A DNA stretch of 64,000 nucleotides. Source: Antedon mediterranea. Lineage: Eukaryota > Animalia > Echinodermata. Shown piece after piece: positions 1-13,771 of the stretch. Under the pieces are notes generated by a model. It saw nothing but the letters and a program-made list of their open reading frames with translations, ran no database searches and was not told the origin of the DNA. Location of the stretch: contig NC_092674.1 of the NCBI RefSeq assembly GCF_964355755.1, positions 17,112,001 to 17,176,000 of the forward strand, in the 5' to 3' direction. Each line of letters begins with the position of its first letter. Position 1 is the stretch's first letter. A program made the position numbers and the translations under genes.

Positions 1-2090
1 AAATCACATTTAAAACCGTTTTGGAGCATTTTGAGCATTTCGATAAAACTTTTCACACAAAAACATCAAAGTGTACAGAATAGCTTCAAATTGAATTTGG
101 AGACATTTTAGACCATTTTGTGCATTTCGATGAAACTTGGTTACACAAAAACATTAAAGTGCTTAAAATCACATTTGAAACCGTTTTAGACCATTTTGAG
201 CATTTCGATAAAACTTTTCAAATAAATATCAAAGTGTACAGAATAGCTTCAAATTGCATTTGGAGACGTTTTAGACCCATTTGTGCATTTCGAAAAAATT
301 TGTTAACATAAAAAGACCAAAGTGTTTAGAATATCTTCAAATCACATTTGGAGACGTTTTAGACCATTTTGTGCATTTCGATGGAACTTGGTTACACAAA
401 AACATCAAAGTGCTTAAAATCACATTTAAAACCGTTTTAGAGCATTTTGTGCATTTCGATAAAACTTTGCACACAAAAACATCAATTGCACAAAATAGCT
501 TCAAATCGCATTTGGAGACGTTTTAGACCATTTTGTGCATTTCGAAAAAACTTGTTAACATAAAAACATCGAAGTGCTTAGAATAGCTTCAAATCACATT
601 TGGAGACGTTTTAGTCCATTTTGTGATTTTCGAAAAAACTTTTTAACATAAAAACACCAAAGGGCTTAGAAATGCTTCAAATCGCACTTGGAGACGTTTT
701 AGACCATTTTGTGCATTTCGATGAAACTTGGTTACACAAAAACATCAAAGTGCTTAAAATCACATTTGAAACCGTTTTAGACCATTTTGAGCATTTCGAT
801 AAAACTTTTCACACACAAATATCAAAGTGCACAAAATAGCTTAATATCGTATTTGAAAGCGTTTTAGACCATTTTGAGCATTTCGACAAAATTTTTTCAC
901 ACGAAATATCAAAGTGTACAGTAAAGCTTCAAATCGCATTTTTGTGATTTTCGAAAAAACTTGTTAACATAAAAACACAAAAGTGCTAAGAATAGCTTCA
1001 AATCGCATTTGGAGACGTTTTAGACCATTTTTTGATTTTCGAAAAAAACTTGTTAACATAAAAACACCAAAGTGCTTAGAAAAGCTTCAAATCGCATTTG
1101 GAGACGTTTTAGACCATTTTGTTCATTTCCATGAAACTTGGTTACACAAAAACATCAAAGAGCACAAAAGAGCTTAATATCGTATTTAAAAACGTTTTAG
1201 ACTATTTTGAGCATTTCGACAAAACTTGTTCACACAAAACATCAAAGTGTACAGAATAGCTTCAAATTGCATTTGGAGACGTTTTAGACCATTTTGTGAT
1301 TTTCGAAAAAACTTGGTTACACAAAAACATCAAAGTGCTTAAAATCACATTAGAAACCGTTTTAGACCATTTTGAGCATTTCGTTAAAACTTTTCACACA
1401 AAAACATCAAAGTGCACATAAGAGCTTGATATCGTATTTAAAAACGTTTTAGAACATTTTGAGCATTTCGACAAAACTTTTTCACACAAAACAACAAAGT
1501 GTACAGAATAGCTTCAAATCGCATTTGGAGACGTTTTAGACCATTTTGAGCATTTCGATAAAATTTTTCACACAAAAACATCAATGTGCACAAAAGAGCT
1601 TAATATGGTATTTAAAAACGTTTTAGACCATTTTGAGCATTTCGACAAAACTTTTTCACACAAAACATCAAAGTGTACAGAATAGCTTCAAATCGCATTT
1701 GGAGACGTTTTAGACCATTTTGTTATTTTCGAAAAAACTTGTTAACATAAAAACACCAAAGTGCTCAAAATACCTTCAATTCGCATTTTGAGACGTTTTA
1801 GACCATTTTGTGATTTTCGAAAAAACTTAACATAAAAACACCAAAGTGCTTTGAAAATCTTCAAATCGCATTTGGAGACGTTTTAGACCATTTTGTTCAT
1901 TTCGATGAAACTGTGTTACACAAAAACAACAAAGAGCACAAAAGAGCTTAATATCGTATTTAAAAACGTTTTAGACCATTTTGAGCATTTCGACAAAACT
2001 TTTTCACACAAAACATCAAAGTGTACAGAATAGCTTCAAATCGAATGTGGAGACGTTTTAGACCACATTGTGATTTTCGAAAAAACTTGT
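1..2090. repeat. AT-rich satellite, ~78-88 bp diverged monomers
   Basis: Recurring 'gttttagaccattttg(a/t)gcatttcga...aaacatcaaagtg'; the anchor GACC falls at 111, 189, 274, 362, etc. The array runs off the left edge of the window. Confidence 0.93.
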
Positions 2091-2202
2091 AAAGAAACAA
2101 AGATATGAATTATGAATGAATTCGAAACATGTATCTTTTGTTCAGTCCAAAATTAACAAGACATCTGATTAATAATAATAATTAATAGTAATTCACTTAC
2201 AG

Positions 2203-2620
2203 TAGGTGGTCTATAAGTAAAACCAACCGTTCGGCCATTTTTCTATTTATGCTAATGAACCCACTTCACGTTGTCCGATTTTGGCAAACTTTGGATATGA
2301 TGTTAATTTGGACCATATCAACCAGACAAAACAAAAACAAATTATGTTGCAAATTTTTTTCTAGGTTCAACCATACTTTTACTGGACTATAGGTAGAAAC
2401 CATTTTTAACTTACTATGTTAATTAAAAGTCAATTTATAAGCCAAAATACGTTTAAAATTATGGCGGCCATCTTGGATTTCAACATGGCGGCTGAAATAG
2501 AATATTTACAACTTTAATAACAATATATTTGGAATCCTCAGTATCACAAAAATAGGTACTGTATAGACATCATTTCTAACCTACTATGTTACTTATATGT
2601 CAAGTTATAAGCCAAAATAC
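2203..2620 (+). mobile_element. Left part of a non-autonomous interspersed element with internal ~175-bp repeats
   Basis: 'aagtcaa(g/t)ttataagccaaaatacgtttaaaa..tggcggccatcttggatttcaacatggcggctgaaatagaata' is shared with 9188-9632. No coding capacity; family not determined. Confidence 0.5.
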
Positions 2621-2890
2621 ATCACCGATTTCCATCCTAACACGACAACATTTTTACAAGTAAGTTTTCGAACAATTCGGCACCTTATGCGATGCAACTC
2701 ATACTTCCACGACTACAAATACTACAGCCCTTTCCGTTATGGAAAGTCTACCCGTACCTATGTACTGTATGTGTGGTAACGTGAGTGTGTTTTAAGGTGT
2801 GTCCAGGCTACTGGTGTGATTCCAGTTTACACGAGGGCCAACTGTTCGGCCGCCATTGTGATTTAACACATGTTTTATCCGACTTTATAC

Positions 2891-2891
<1 letters not shown>

Positions 2892-2926
<35 letters not shown>
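2892..2926. repeat. (TA)n microsatellite
   Basis: Uninterrupted TA run. Confidence 0.95.
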
Positions 2927-2928
<2 letters not shown>

Positions 2929-3024
2929 CTGTATACTTTTATATGTTGTCTTCTCGTAGGAAAATGTTAACGACACAAACATTACCCGCACATATTATAC
3001 TCTTATAATTATACTGTAATCCCT

Positions 3025-3712
3025 GTATGTCGTGCGATTAACGACTCGGACACGAATTTTATATGTCGTGCGATAACAACTCGCACATTTACTTTCGCCT
3101 TAGCCGAAGACAAGGCCCATATATAAATCCTATTGTAGGAAGATATTAACGACACAGACATTACCTGCACATATACTTTTATAATATGTCGTGCGATGAA
3201 CGACTCGCACATGAATTTTATATGTCGTGCGATAACGACTCGCACATGAAATTTTATATGTCGTGCGATAACGACTCGCACATGAATTTTATATGTCGTG
3301 CGATAACGACTCGCACATGAATTTTATATGTCGTGCGATAAGACTCGCACATGATATGTCGTGCGATAACGACTCGCACATGAATTTTATATGTCGTGCG
3401 ATAACGACTCGCACATGAATTTTATATGTCGTGCGATAACGACTCGCACATGAATTTTTATATGTCGTGCGATAACGACTCGCACATGCATTTTATATGT
3501 CGTGCGATAACGACTCGCACATGCATTTTATATGTCGTGCGATAACGACTCGCACATGAATTTTATATGTCGTGCGATAACGACTCGCACATGAATGTTT
3601 ATATGTCGTGCGATAACGACTCGCACATGAATTTTATATGTCGTGCGATAAAGACTCGCACATGAATTTTATATGTCGTGCGATACCGACTCGCACATGA
3701 ATTTTATATGTC
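3025..3712. repeat. 35-bp minisatellite with internal hairpin
   Basis: Unit atatgtcGTGCGAtaacgacTCGCACatgaatttt; about 15 near-perfect head-to-tail copies from ~3185 plus degenerate copies to the left. No spacers. Confidence 0.95.
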
Positions 3713-4039
3713 ATCTTCTAAGTAAAATATAAAAGCTAACTTTCAATATTAACGTCTACAAACGACTATGCCTAGTAATTACACAAACAAACAAACGTTT
3801 ACCTTTCCATATGTTCGGTCAAGTGAAGTTTTGAATTCAGCCTAGCTCCATTGTACATATGTATAATACCTATAATATTTATATGGTACGGCAATACACA
3901 CTACGTTTTGGGGTATTAACATTTTGTTTTATTGTATTCTTACATCGATTTCTGATAGGGGTTCATATTGGCCAAACGGACAGCACGTAAGACAACCATA
4001 AATTGTACCAACTTAGTTTTTTCAACTGTTATTGATTGA

Positions 4040-4650
4040 TGTAAATACATCTTCTATAAAACTTTTGCAAAAAAAAAAATAATAAAATATTGTTTTATCA
4101 TAATACATAATGCAAATAGGTAATATTTGAATGTAATACACAAAAATCTAACATAGCTCTTTAATTATTAATCACATTATGCACATTTTTTCACCAGTTA
4201 ATTGTATAATATAAATACATCATTTTCCATCAAAACTTTATTAAAAAATATGTTTTTGTTAACATGTTGTTAACGTGTAATAAAAAAAAAATAAAAAATA
4301 AAAAAATTGTCGTTTTATCGCAAAAATACATACAAATCAAAGATAGTTCTTTAATTATGAATCACATAATGCCCATTTTTTTTCACTATTTAATTGTATA
4401 CTATAAATACACAATTTTTAATAAGATACGAAAAATATGTTTTTGTTGTTATCATGGAAACGTGTAACAAAATAAAAATGTGTTGGTTAATCGCAAAATT
4501 ACACAAGATCTAACATAGCTCTTTAATTATAAATCACATCATGCCCATTGTTTCACCAGTTAATTGTATAATATAAATACACAATTTTAAATCAAATGTT
4601 TATTAAAAATATGTTTTTGATACCATAGAAATATGTAATAAATAAAAATA
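4040..4650. repeat. Degenerate tandem repeat, ~170-190 bp x ~3
   Basis: 'atag(c/t)tctttaattat.aatcacat.atgc.catt...ttaattgtata.tataaatac' recurs with ATCACAT at 4171, 4361 and 4533. Confidence 0.8.
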
Positions 4651-5808
4651 TGTTGAAACGTAAACATTATTTGCACGATCAATTTTCTTTTTCAAACTGT
4701 CGGAATTACATATGTTCATTGAAGAATCTGATTCTGATAATTTTCTTTCATATTTTCTTCCATTACTGTATAGATTAAATACCTGTTGATCAATAATAAT
4801 CTATATATAAATTTACGTAAGGAAAAAATTCGGTAAATCGTGCGTTATTCCTAGAATGTTTACTCGATGATAAAGTTGGTTAGAATCTCGGTACTGGTTT
4901 TTACCACCTGATGTAACCCTGTTTACTAATTAAATTTAGTCAGATAATTAGTTATTAACAATTAAAACGTATTTAGATTCAATTATTTGCCCCAAATAGG
5001 GGTGTTGGTTTAACACAAGTAGGTAAAGTTATGAACCCTTGGGGAATAAACTTAAAACTGAGATATTGCAAGACTTTTACATTATTGTAAATACGTATTA
5101 ACCATTTTTGGTCGCCATTTGAATCGAAACTTTCTTACGGTGAATGTGGTTACTGTTAGATATATAAACACATATACAAAGAACATGTATTACTGTTACC
5201 GTGGGTATGCTCTACTGCTGGATATATAAACACATAATATACAAATAAGAAACGGCATTACTGACAGCTGCTTCTCAACGTTTATATTAATAATTAATTA
5301 TAAACAATATAAACTTCGTAGTGGTGTATCGTTACATGTACTTTACTATTTTAATCGACAGGGACAGTTTTAAAGAAGTACTAAAATGTAAATGTTTTAC
5401 TGTATCTAGTGGTATAAGTATTATTGATAGGCCAAAACATTAAAAAATATTTCGTTACTGAAGGGATAAAGGATATATATTAAAAAAAATGTTCTTCCCA
5501 TCCTCTTCCCTATCCCTCAACTCTAATGTTATATACAAAACACAAATTGGGTTTGTTTAAATGAGTTCAAATAAAAAAGTTTCTCCTTCTTCGGAAGTAG
5601 GTCTAATTACCATGGTGCTAATTTTAGTTGACTACATAAATCATCGTGTCTATTTATTCGTTTCTGTAAACGACAATGTTCTATAGTCCTGCGGTACGTA
5701 CATTTGAAATCGCCAGTTTTTCGTAGTTTTTTTTTCACGCTGAAATTACTGTGTATTCGAGAACCATCCGTGGACACGACCATCTAGTTTAATTAATTAC
5801 AATAAATT

Positions 5809-5988
5809 CAGTTTTAAAAATAATCTGTTTTCATTTTTAAAAATAAATATTAACTGAAGAAAATGCAAACATAGATTTCTATAGCAGTACTAACAGTTTT
5901 AAAAATAATCTGTTTTCATTTTTAAAAATAAATATTAACTGAAGAAAATGCAAACATAGATTTCTATAGCAGTACTAACAGTTTTAAA
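5809..5988. repeat. Exact 85-bp tandem duplication
   Basis: 'cagttttaaaaataatctg...agtactaa' starts at 5809 and again at 5894; a third 'cagttttaaa' at 5979. Confidence 0.92.
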
Positions 5989-6539
5989 TTAATCAATTAA
6001 AACTAAAAACCTACAAAATATGATTCCTTTCATACTTTATATATATATATATCCAATGGCAAATTTATATATATATAAATAATCCTCAATCAATAATAAT
6101 CAAAGAATATCCCTCGAAAATAAGTGGACCTGTCCATAAAGTATTTAACTTTCATGGTACGGACGATTCCATTTACTATAATAGGGATGTTGCGCATTTC
6201 TAACTAATATGTTTTAAAATACTTCAAAATAATTAAGTACCTATTATTAATACTTCGGAACGTTAGGAATGGCAAATATATTAATCATAATTATAATCAA
6301 TGTTGGTTAAATACAATATATAGAAAATTTAACCTCCGTTAAGCCAAACTGCTACTGACAGTCACAGGTTAGCCTCACTCAGCCCGAGACAATGGAACTA
6401 ATGGACCGTGGCTTGAGAATCGAAAAACATGTGCCTACTCTTTTTTTTTTCCGTTCATCAATTCTCAACCAATCACTTTAATATTTTAACAATATGTATT
6501 TTAAACATTATCTTTTTATTTTATATGTGTCTTTGATTT

Positions 6540-6801
6540 AAATATTGGATCAACCTACCGAAAAACCGAAGACAATTTTTGAAAGTTCACCAATTCTGTT
6601 CTAGACATCGTCCACAACTCTATTCATTTCCAACTCAACATTTCAAAGATAGTTTGTTTTACTTGTTTACAACTGTATATATTTTTATTGTATTGTATTG
6701 ATATTTTTAATGTTTTATATATTGTATGTGTTTTTAAGCATCAAGGAAAACCAATTTCATGCTCGCCTTGTTGTGTTCATGACAATAAAGATTTATCTTA
6801 T
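6540..6801 (+). mobile_element. 3' end fragment of a CR1-group (L2/Rex1-like) LINE with (TATCT)n tail
   Basis: 3'UTR-like 'ccaatttcatgc...atgacAATAAAgatttatcttatc'; the (tatct)n tail resumes at ~7998-8013, beyond the minus-strand LINE. Confidence 0.5.
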
Positions 6802-7997
6802 CATTTATTTATTTATTTATTTATTTCGGTATATGAAACATTACAAAAAGCAGAACAAGTCTGAAATTATTGTAGCACATTATATAAAAAATTTACATTA
6901 CAGATAAAAAATACAAAACAATTTACAATATGCATAAGAAAAATAAATATACTGTACATTAATCATTAAAATTTATCAAGGTTTTAATTTATTTTAAGCA
7001 ATAAATACAATAGTATTAATTTAAATGAATTTATTTATTTTCTTATAAAAATCCTATATAAAAAAATTATTTCGAGTTAAGCAGATTAACAATATACGGT
7101 ACAGCAGACCGTTTATATCTGTCGGTTTTGCATTTAGGCACTTCCAGATTTCCACCATTGGATCTAAGGTTTAATTTTCGCTTGCGGCAAGGAGGGAGCA
7201 TATCCCTGTGCAAAGTCGATTTTATGAGACCCTGACCAAAGGAAAGCACCAGACTTTCCCTCCTTGCCGCAAGCGAAAGGAGTTGCGTCTCCTCTAAAGC
7301 TAAATCGTACGATATATAATTTTTTCCCAGGATAGTTCTTAGAGCTCTTTTTTGAACAGCTTCAATTTTTATGTGCTAATTTTTTAGTAATTGCACCATG
7401 CCACACAGGGCATGCATACTCAAGAATAGGTCTAATATAGCAACAGAACACCTTGATCAGGTCATTCACAGACGCGCGAGACCTCCTCATCACAAATAAA
7501 GCAAACATCTTTCGAGATGCCTTAGAGACTATGTCTGTGACATGCATGTCCCATTTCATATTATCTTGAATAGTAACCCCTAACAATTTGAGGTTGCCAA
7601 CACATTCAAGGATAGTATTGTTGAGGGTGAATGGCTGGAACTCACTAGCATTACGCAAAAAATTAATTGTCATAACATGGCATTTAGACGGTTTAGGCAA
7701 CATATTGTTAGCTTTACACCAGTCATCCAAATCATCAAGGGAGACCTGTAAATGGGAATTATTGTTTTTTTTCACGACTTCACCTAGAGTGAGATCATCC
7801 ACATACTTCCATCTTCTGCAGCTTCCTAGACTGGCATCATTAATTAGGACCAGAAATAAAACTGGGCCCAATTTAGTGCCCTGGGGCACGCCGCAGGTGA
7901 TCTTTCTTGTACCCGAGATGGTCTTACCCACTCTGGTATTGATGCCTCTATTAGTAAGGAAGCTGCAGATGATGGGTATTATGGATGATCTCACTCA
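6802..7997 (-). mobile_element. 5'-truncated non-LTR retrotransposon (CR1/L2 group), RT C-terminal half
   Basis: ORF 7994-7362 has GVPQGTKLGPVLF..IND, KYVDD, KLLGVTI and RPILEYACPVW. After a frameshift near 7365 it continues IEAVQKRALRTI...KTDRYKRSAVPY to a stop at 7067, followed by an AT-rich 3'UTR and a (TAAA)n tail at ~6802-6826. Confidence 0.92.
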
Positions 7998-8608
7998 TAT
8001 CTTATCTTATCTTAACCTGGGACATGCTTTGTTGACAACCTAAAGCCCTTGGCAATCTAATTGACAATCACATCAGGTTGTTACGGAAACTCCAATCAAA
8101 AAGCATCATACTTTTAGATCTCCAAATGGGCGGTCATAAACTGTAACAGGGATTTTCCTCATCATGTTCAAGAGGTGGCCAGCTGTATTGTTGTATTTCA
8201 TTGAATAATTTATATTTCTGCGAATTTTCAACAACATAATAAAAATCTACATTTACATTATAACTCACATCCATGCGTTTTTGTTTTTTTTTCTGTCAGT
8301 ATTGTTTATTGGCGATGTGTTAGTACAACTTTGCTCCCATTGCAGTGCACGGTAGTGGAGCCCTTGGATTAGCCTTGGGTGGAAGGTGCTGATGCTCAAC
8401 ATACTGCCATGAAGTATCTGCGTATATTTTCATGGGGAGCATCGTTGTATTAATGGTGATTTTTGTACCTATCAGTCTCTTTGAAGACTCTTCCAGGGAG
8501 TCCTGGTTGTTTTTTTTTTATCTCAGTTTCATGCGGGTAAGTGAACATTCTTCCTTTTTTCCTGCACTTTGGTGGGCTGCTCTTGGCGGTGCCTTGGCAC
8601 CTGCCGTG

Positions 8609-9187
8609 GGCTATTTTTCTCTGAGCATCCCTGTTGTGCTTACTTAGAATTGGAAAATTATTGCTATATAACTTCTATTTGCTTATGACTTTTATGTGCA
8701 GTTTTACATGGGTGAATGTTCATTTACTAATTAAACTATTTAAGCCAGAACTTATGTTGTATGCGTCTTTATTTATTATTCTATGAGTTTGTTAATTGCC
8801 GCAGTTTCCGAGTAGCAAAAATCAAGAATTGGGTTGGAAACACAATTTTATTTTGAGAACGGAGAGGGCGGGTTTTCGACCTCTTTGATCAAGCATCCTC
8901 TCTGTTAACACGATTACATTAAGTTGAAGACAATTTTCCCTCCCTCCCGCCCAATATTATGACACTTATGGCAATAAGGCTATTTTTCTCTGAGCATCCC
9001 TGTTGTGCTTACTTAGAATTGGAAAATTATTGCTATATAACTTATATTTGCTTATGACTTTTATGTGCAGTTTTACATGGGTGAATGTTCATTTACTAAT
9101 TAAACTATTTAAGCCAGAACTTGTTGTATGCGTCTTTATTTATTATTCTATGAGTTTGTTAATTGCCGCAGTCTCCGAGTAGCAAAA
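8609..9187. repeat. ~210-bp direct repeat pair (8609-8820, 8978-9187)
   Basis: 'ggctatttttctctgagcatccc...ccgagtagcaaaa' occurs twice, 369 bp apart, with few differences. Confidence 0.9.
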
Positions 9188-9632
9188 GAATATTTACAAC
9201 TGTAATAACAATATATTTGGAATCCTCAGTATCACAAACATCACATAGAAACTATTTTTAACTTGCTATGTTAATTAAAAGTCAAGTTATAAGCCAAAAT
9301 ACGTTTAAAATGGCGGCCATCTTGGATTTCAACATGGCGGCTGAAATAGAATATTTTCAACTTTAATAATATAGTTGGAATCTTCACTATCATAAACATA
9401 GGTATAGACACCATTTTTAACTTGCTACATCACTTAAAAGTCAAGTTATAAGCCAAAATAAGTCTGAAATGGCGGCCATTTTGTTTTTCACATTTTAAGG
9501 GTGAAGATCTAAAAATTGAGCCAGGTAAACAGCAAATTTGAATTCAGCACCCCAAAATTACCCTAAAACACATGTTTATTCGCTTTTAACACGAAATGCC
9601 TACAGCATTTCATTTTTCTCAAATCTGGACTA
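9188..9632 (+). mobile_element. Right part of the element begun at ~2203
   Basis: Same 'aaaatggcggccatcttggattt' repeat units, followed by a unique terminus ending '...tttttctcaaatctggacta'. Confidence 0.5.
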
Positions 9633-9636
9633 GTCT

Positions 9637-9811
9637 ATGTCAAATAATAAAAGCGTCGCAATTTTGACATTTTTGGAAAATTTTCCTGCGTGGGAATTTT
9701 TTTCGAAAAATGGACAAAATTTCCACTTTTTAAAATTCGAAAATTATGCTAGAATATTGCCATTATGCAAATATATTGTGCAAACATCATCTTATAGAGC
9801 CATAGTAACTA
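9637..9811 (+). repeat. One monomer of the ~190-bp satellite (left flank of the Dada-like array)
   Basis: 'aattttcctgcg...gaattttttcgaaaaatgg...catcatcttatagagccatagtaacta' matches the monomers at 27570-29633. Confidence 0.88.
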
Positions 9812-9883
9812 TTGCGCTACAAATAACTCAATGTGTGCTGTAGAATTGGAACATGAGTTGTTCAATTCAATGGCCTAATTTGA

Positions 9884-9965
9884 CCAATCAGAGCACTGAG
9901 AGCACTGATGACGTCACTACAGTGTTCAAATTGTTGAACAATCAGAGCACTGGAAAGTGACGTAA
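9884..9965 (+). promoter_or_regulatory. Putative transposon promoter (CCAAT box, CRE palindrome); repeated at +5206 and +10412
   Basis: CCAATCA at 9884, TGACGTCA at 9909-9916, duplicated AATCAGAGCACTG and a second TGACGT, all near the element 5' end and upstream of the transposase remnant. Motif match only. Confidence 0.35.
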
Positions 9966-11719
9966 TTAATATCTGACTTCTCCACACATGTTTCACACAT
10001 TCACAACAATGATAAGATTTTGCCAACAGACAACATCTTTTTACAAATTCTCTCGACTTAGTATTAAATTCATTTGAAAAAGATCTTCTAGTAGTAGCTG
10101 TATTTATGTCGAACGTGTGCTTGCATTTAAGGTAGGAGAAGAAGTTTATTTTATGCTATAAATCAGCATTTAAAAGTTTTGAAAATTGTTTGGCCTAGCT
10201 AGCCTAGCCAATGTCATGTTATGTATGGCATATGTGGTAAGCCCCATGCCAGCCCCGCGAAACCAGTTGGCCTGCTCGTATTTGTCGTTATATGGTAGGC
10301 CTTTTTTTATTAGTAACAATAGGCCTAGAGATGCATTTGTTAGCCCATTCTACTATGGTGTTGTTATTTACATTGTTTGCACACTATGCTATAGGCCCTA
10401 AAAAATGATGATAATTTATATTATTAATATTATTACAGTAGTATTAATATTATCATTTATTAGTTAGGCCTAGCTAAGCTATGTAAGGTACTACTATATA
10501 GTATAGTTACTTTAGTACTACTACTAGCCTAGTAGTTTAGTATTATTAGCCCCTACTAGGCCTAGCTATATTAATTATTATTAACAAACAAAGGTAGGAT
10601 TTTCTCTGTGCCACTCTTTTAGTTAGCCTAGATCTTTGTTTTCCAATGGGCCTGCTGCTAGTGCTAGTATATTTTTAGGGCTCCCTTTTGGCCTAGACTT
10701 TTTTATTTATTTAATATTTTAACAATCCTACTACTACTACTAGTAGTAAGTAGGCCTAGTTAGTAATTGTAATAGATGAATTTTTCGTTTAAAGTGAGCT
10801 ATTCTTCAAAATTTAATTTTGATGCAAAAAATGTTAATATTAATTTTTTTAAATAGATTTTAACCCTAAATTTAAACAATATAAAACAATTAATCACCGT
10901 GGTATGACAAAACAAACTAAATAAAGCTATGTCTACCCTTCTATGATATAGAAAAACAATTTAACTTTTATAATGATTGTTTATTGTATTATTATTTGTA
11001 AGTGTAGGCTTCAACTCTTTGATCCAAATCATTCGTTTAATTAGACAATCAATTGTATTTGTGGATTTAGATAAGATTCTCAAATAACTTGATTGCATAA
11101 AAGGAAATGCTCTGAATCAAAGAGTATACATTAATAAACAAAGACTATTCAATTACATCAAATTTATGTTGTAATGCTGCCTTTGTAAATTGTTTTTAAT
11201 TTCGTAAAACAAAAAAACATTATTTATAATTCATAAAAGTGTGTATAATAATATTTTCTTAATTCTTAATTCAGATAAGAAAATTAATTTGTTCTTAGTA
11301 GATATGTTTTAATGCTACATTTGATTCATTTTATTGATATTTTATTTACATTTAAAGTCTTGGTCTACTATTAATTATCACTTGAGAAATTTCAACCCAC
11401 CGATATTTTATTTAGATCTAATTTTCTTATAACTACAGCCATTTACTACAACTGCATGGTGCACAGTGGCATTATACGGTAACATTTTGTTTTATCATAT
11501 ATTTTAATTTACATTATATTCTTGCCTTTGATCAGTTTCTTTAGTTTTCTTAAGACCAACCTTTCAGCGGAGTGAAGATACACACCTGCTGCAGTAATAT
11601 TATTTAACAAGACCAACCACAAGTGTCTAAATCTTGATGCTGTACTTCAAGATGCCTTGAAGGAGGTGTGAAAGGTGGACGGAAACACCAACAATGAATG
11701 TGATGTCTTGGGCTCTCTG

Positions 11720-13771
11720 GACACATCGCCTGCATACAGAACCCAGAAAAAACCAGTGCTAGATGATTAAGGTTAGAGTAGTTACCTTGCCAAGAGACTC
11801 CACTTCTTCTTTGGAATTTATTCGCCTTTACCTTAACAGGTTCAATCCAGGTATTACTGTTTATTTGGTATCCACTTAATCTTTAAACCTATCTATTTAT
11901 TTTTTGAATTATTTAATCATTATGAATGTTTTTTTTTTCTCTCAGGTGAGCGTGTTAGCAACTTACATTTCCAGGCTTACATGATTTTAATGGACTTGTT
12001 CGATGGAACGCAAACCGGGCACTAGATGCTACCCAGTCTGGAGCACCCATCCTCCAGTACATATAGTGGGCTGCACCAGCGTGCTCTCAACAAACTAGCA
12101 AAGCAAATGATTGGAAAAAAAGTGTACAAAAGTTTTATCATCCCAAAAAAGTACACCGGAGGACTCATCGGAGTGGAGTACCTGTACAACCAGTCGAACA
12201 AAGTGCTCGAAACTCAATTTCCTGTCAAAACAGATACCATTTATGATGAAGACTTTGATGAAGAAATTTACACTTTTGATGTTGATGAAGGGTATGATGA
12301 CAAGACTCAACCAGACTACAAACCACCTAAGCGTTGTTTTAAACCTCGAAATGCTAAAGAACCCTCACCACCCCAGCTGGAGCCCTTGCCTTCATGTGAC
12401 GATAATGATGATGATGATGGTGAAGGAAAAGCAGCCCTTTTATGACACAGTGAGTTAAATTTGTATCATTAGCTTCTACCTCACGAATTTTGTTTCTGTT
12501 TTGAAATACAATGCACGAGTCTGATTATATATTTTGTTTTCATATTTTACAATTTAGGAACTTGAGGATTCCACTGGACCGGACAGCATTCCAGGCTACG
12601 CCAAAGTTGAAGCCCTGGCAGACTACCTTATGCAGTTTAAGGAAGACAGTGGAGTGATAAGTCAAAGTCATGCTGAACATGTCGCAAAGTTGTAGAACAA
12701 CCTGGATGCTTATGACAAAACCATTAAGCGCAAAGCACGGCATCAAGATTACCTGACGAAAGGCAGGTTCAAGAAAAGTAAAACTACTTCCGTAATACCT
12801 GGTGTTGAAAGCACTCGACGGTAAGGCAGTTTCCAGCGTTTTTTACTTTGTTGCATGATGTGTCTTAAATCTAACTTGTTTCTTTGGTTTTTTTTAAAAA
12901 GATGCTTCTTAGGTCAGAACACCGGGCCAGCTCAGTGGCCGGACTGCAATCGATATATGGAGTGCATTATTACAAAACTATGTGAAGCGTATCCATCTAC
13001 CGTATCTATCGAAGGTAAACGTTTCCAGCGCTGGCCGCTCATTACCAAAGGCTACAAGAACATTCGTCGGAAAGTGCTATCGAATGGACACCTGATGTTG
13101 TTTGCTAAGCTTCAGTTGATGGAGATAAATCGTACGACACTCATCCAGTGGTGAGTTTTTACTTGTTATTGATTGTTATTTTACGCTACAGTAAATACAT
13201 TAAAGTTTTTAAATACTGTGTTTGATTTATTTTCAACAGGTACAACAGAACGTCAAAGAAGCAAGAGCGGCAAGTGTTGGAATCTGGCATCTCAGCAACA
13301 ATACCCAAACTTGTCTCTGATAAAACCCTACTTGAACCTTTAACCAAGCCAGCGGTGCTAAACGTTCATACAAGCGCTCCATCTTTCACATTTGTCCTAC
13401 CGAAAAACACTTCCGGCCTAGCGACTCTAGGAAACAGACCGTCGATCCCAGTTCCAGGCGAGATAGCAAAACCACCACCATCAGTCCCTGAGGCTAGCAG
13501 TACTCGGATTCTTAGAACTACCCTCTTGTACAGAAAACGAGTGGCTAAAGACATATCGGAAGGGAAACCGATCAAAATATACAAACCAAGAACGTCTGCG
13601 ATTGTGTGCTCAAAGTGTAAGCAACCAAGATTAAATAAGAACTACACTCAGTACTATGGAAATTGGTATTGTGCTGCAACATCTGATGTGACTTTTAAAG
13701 AATGGAAATCGGCTATGGTTGCCATCCGTCGCCTTCGTCAAGAGAGGGAAAAAAAGCAGCAAAAAGAATGA
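11720..13771 (+). pseudogene. Spliced Dada-type DDE transposase pseudogene (C-terminal half), copy 1
   Basis: Joining GT-AG introns 11851-11945, 12450-12557, 12821-12901 and 13151-13239 gives HIACIQNP...STSSLEFIRLYLNRFNPG-ERVSNLHFQAY..GLVRWN...YTGGLIGVEYLY...GPDSIPGY..V..LADYL...PGVESTRR-CFLGQNTGPAQWPDCNR...INRTTLIQW-YN...CSKCKQPR..QYYGNWYC. It carries frameshifts and an in-frame TAG, and no N-terminal half is recognisable. Confidence 0.82.

Noticed and set aside
120-1177. Short ORFs in the first satellite
   Set aside because: Chance open frames of tandem repeats.
3025-3712. CRISPR-like 35-bp palindromic repeat
   Set aside because: Units are head-to-tail with no unique spacers, there are no cas genes, and the context is eukaryotic.
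7588-8043. 151-aa plus-strand ORF
   Set aside because: Antisense shadow of the LINE RT ORF.
8609-9187. LTR pair or TRIM
   Set aside because: No TG...CA ends, PBS, PPT or TSD recognised; treated as a local duplication.
9780-9880. Remnant U6 snRNA gene around the array ('aattggaac' at ~9845)
   Set aside because: Only a 9-nt match inside the element; the expected U6 halves are absent from both flanks.
12026-13771. Intact host gene
   Set aside because: In-frame stop and frameshifts in conserved blocks; the exons belong to the repeated transposon unit.
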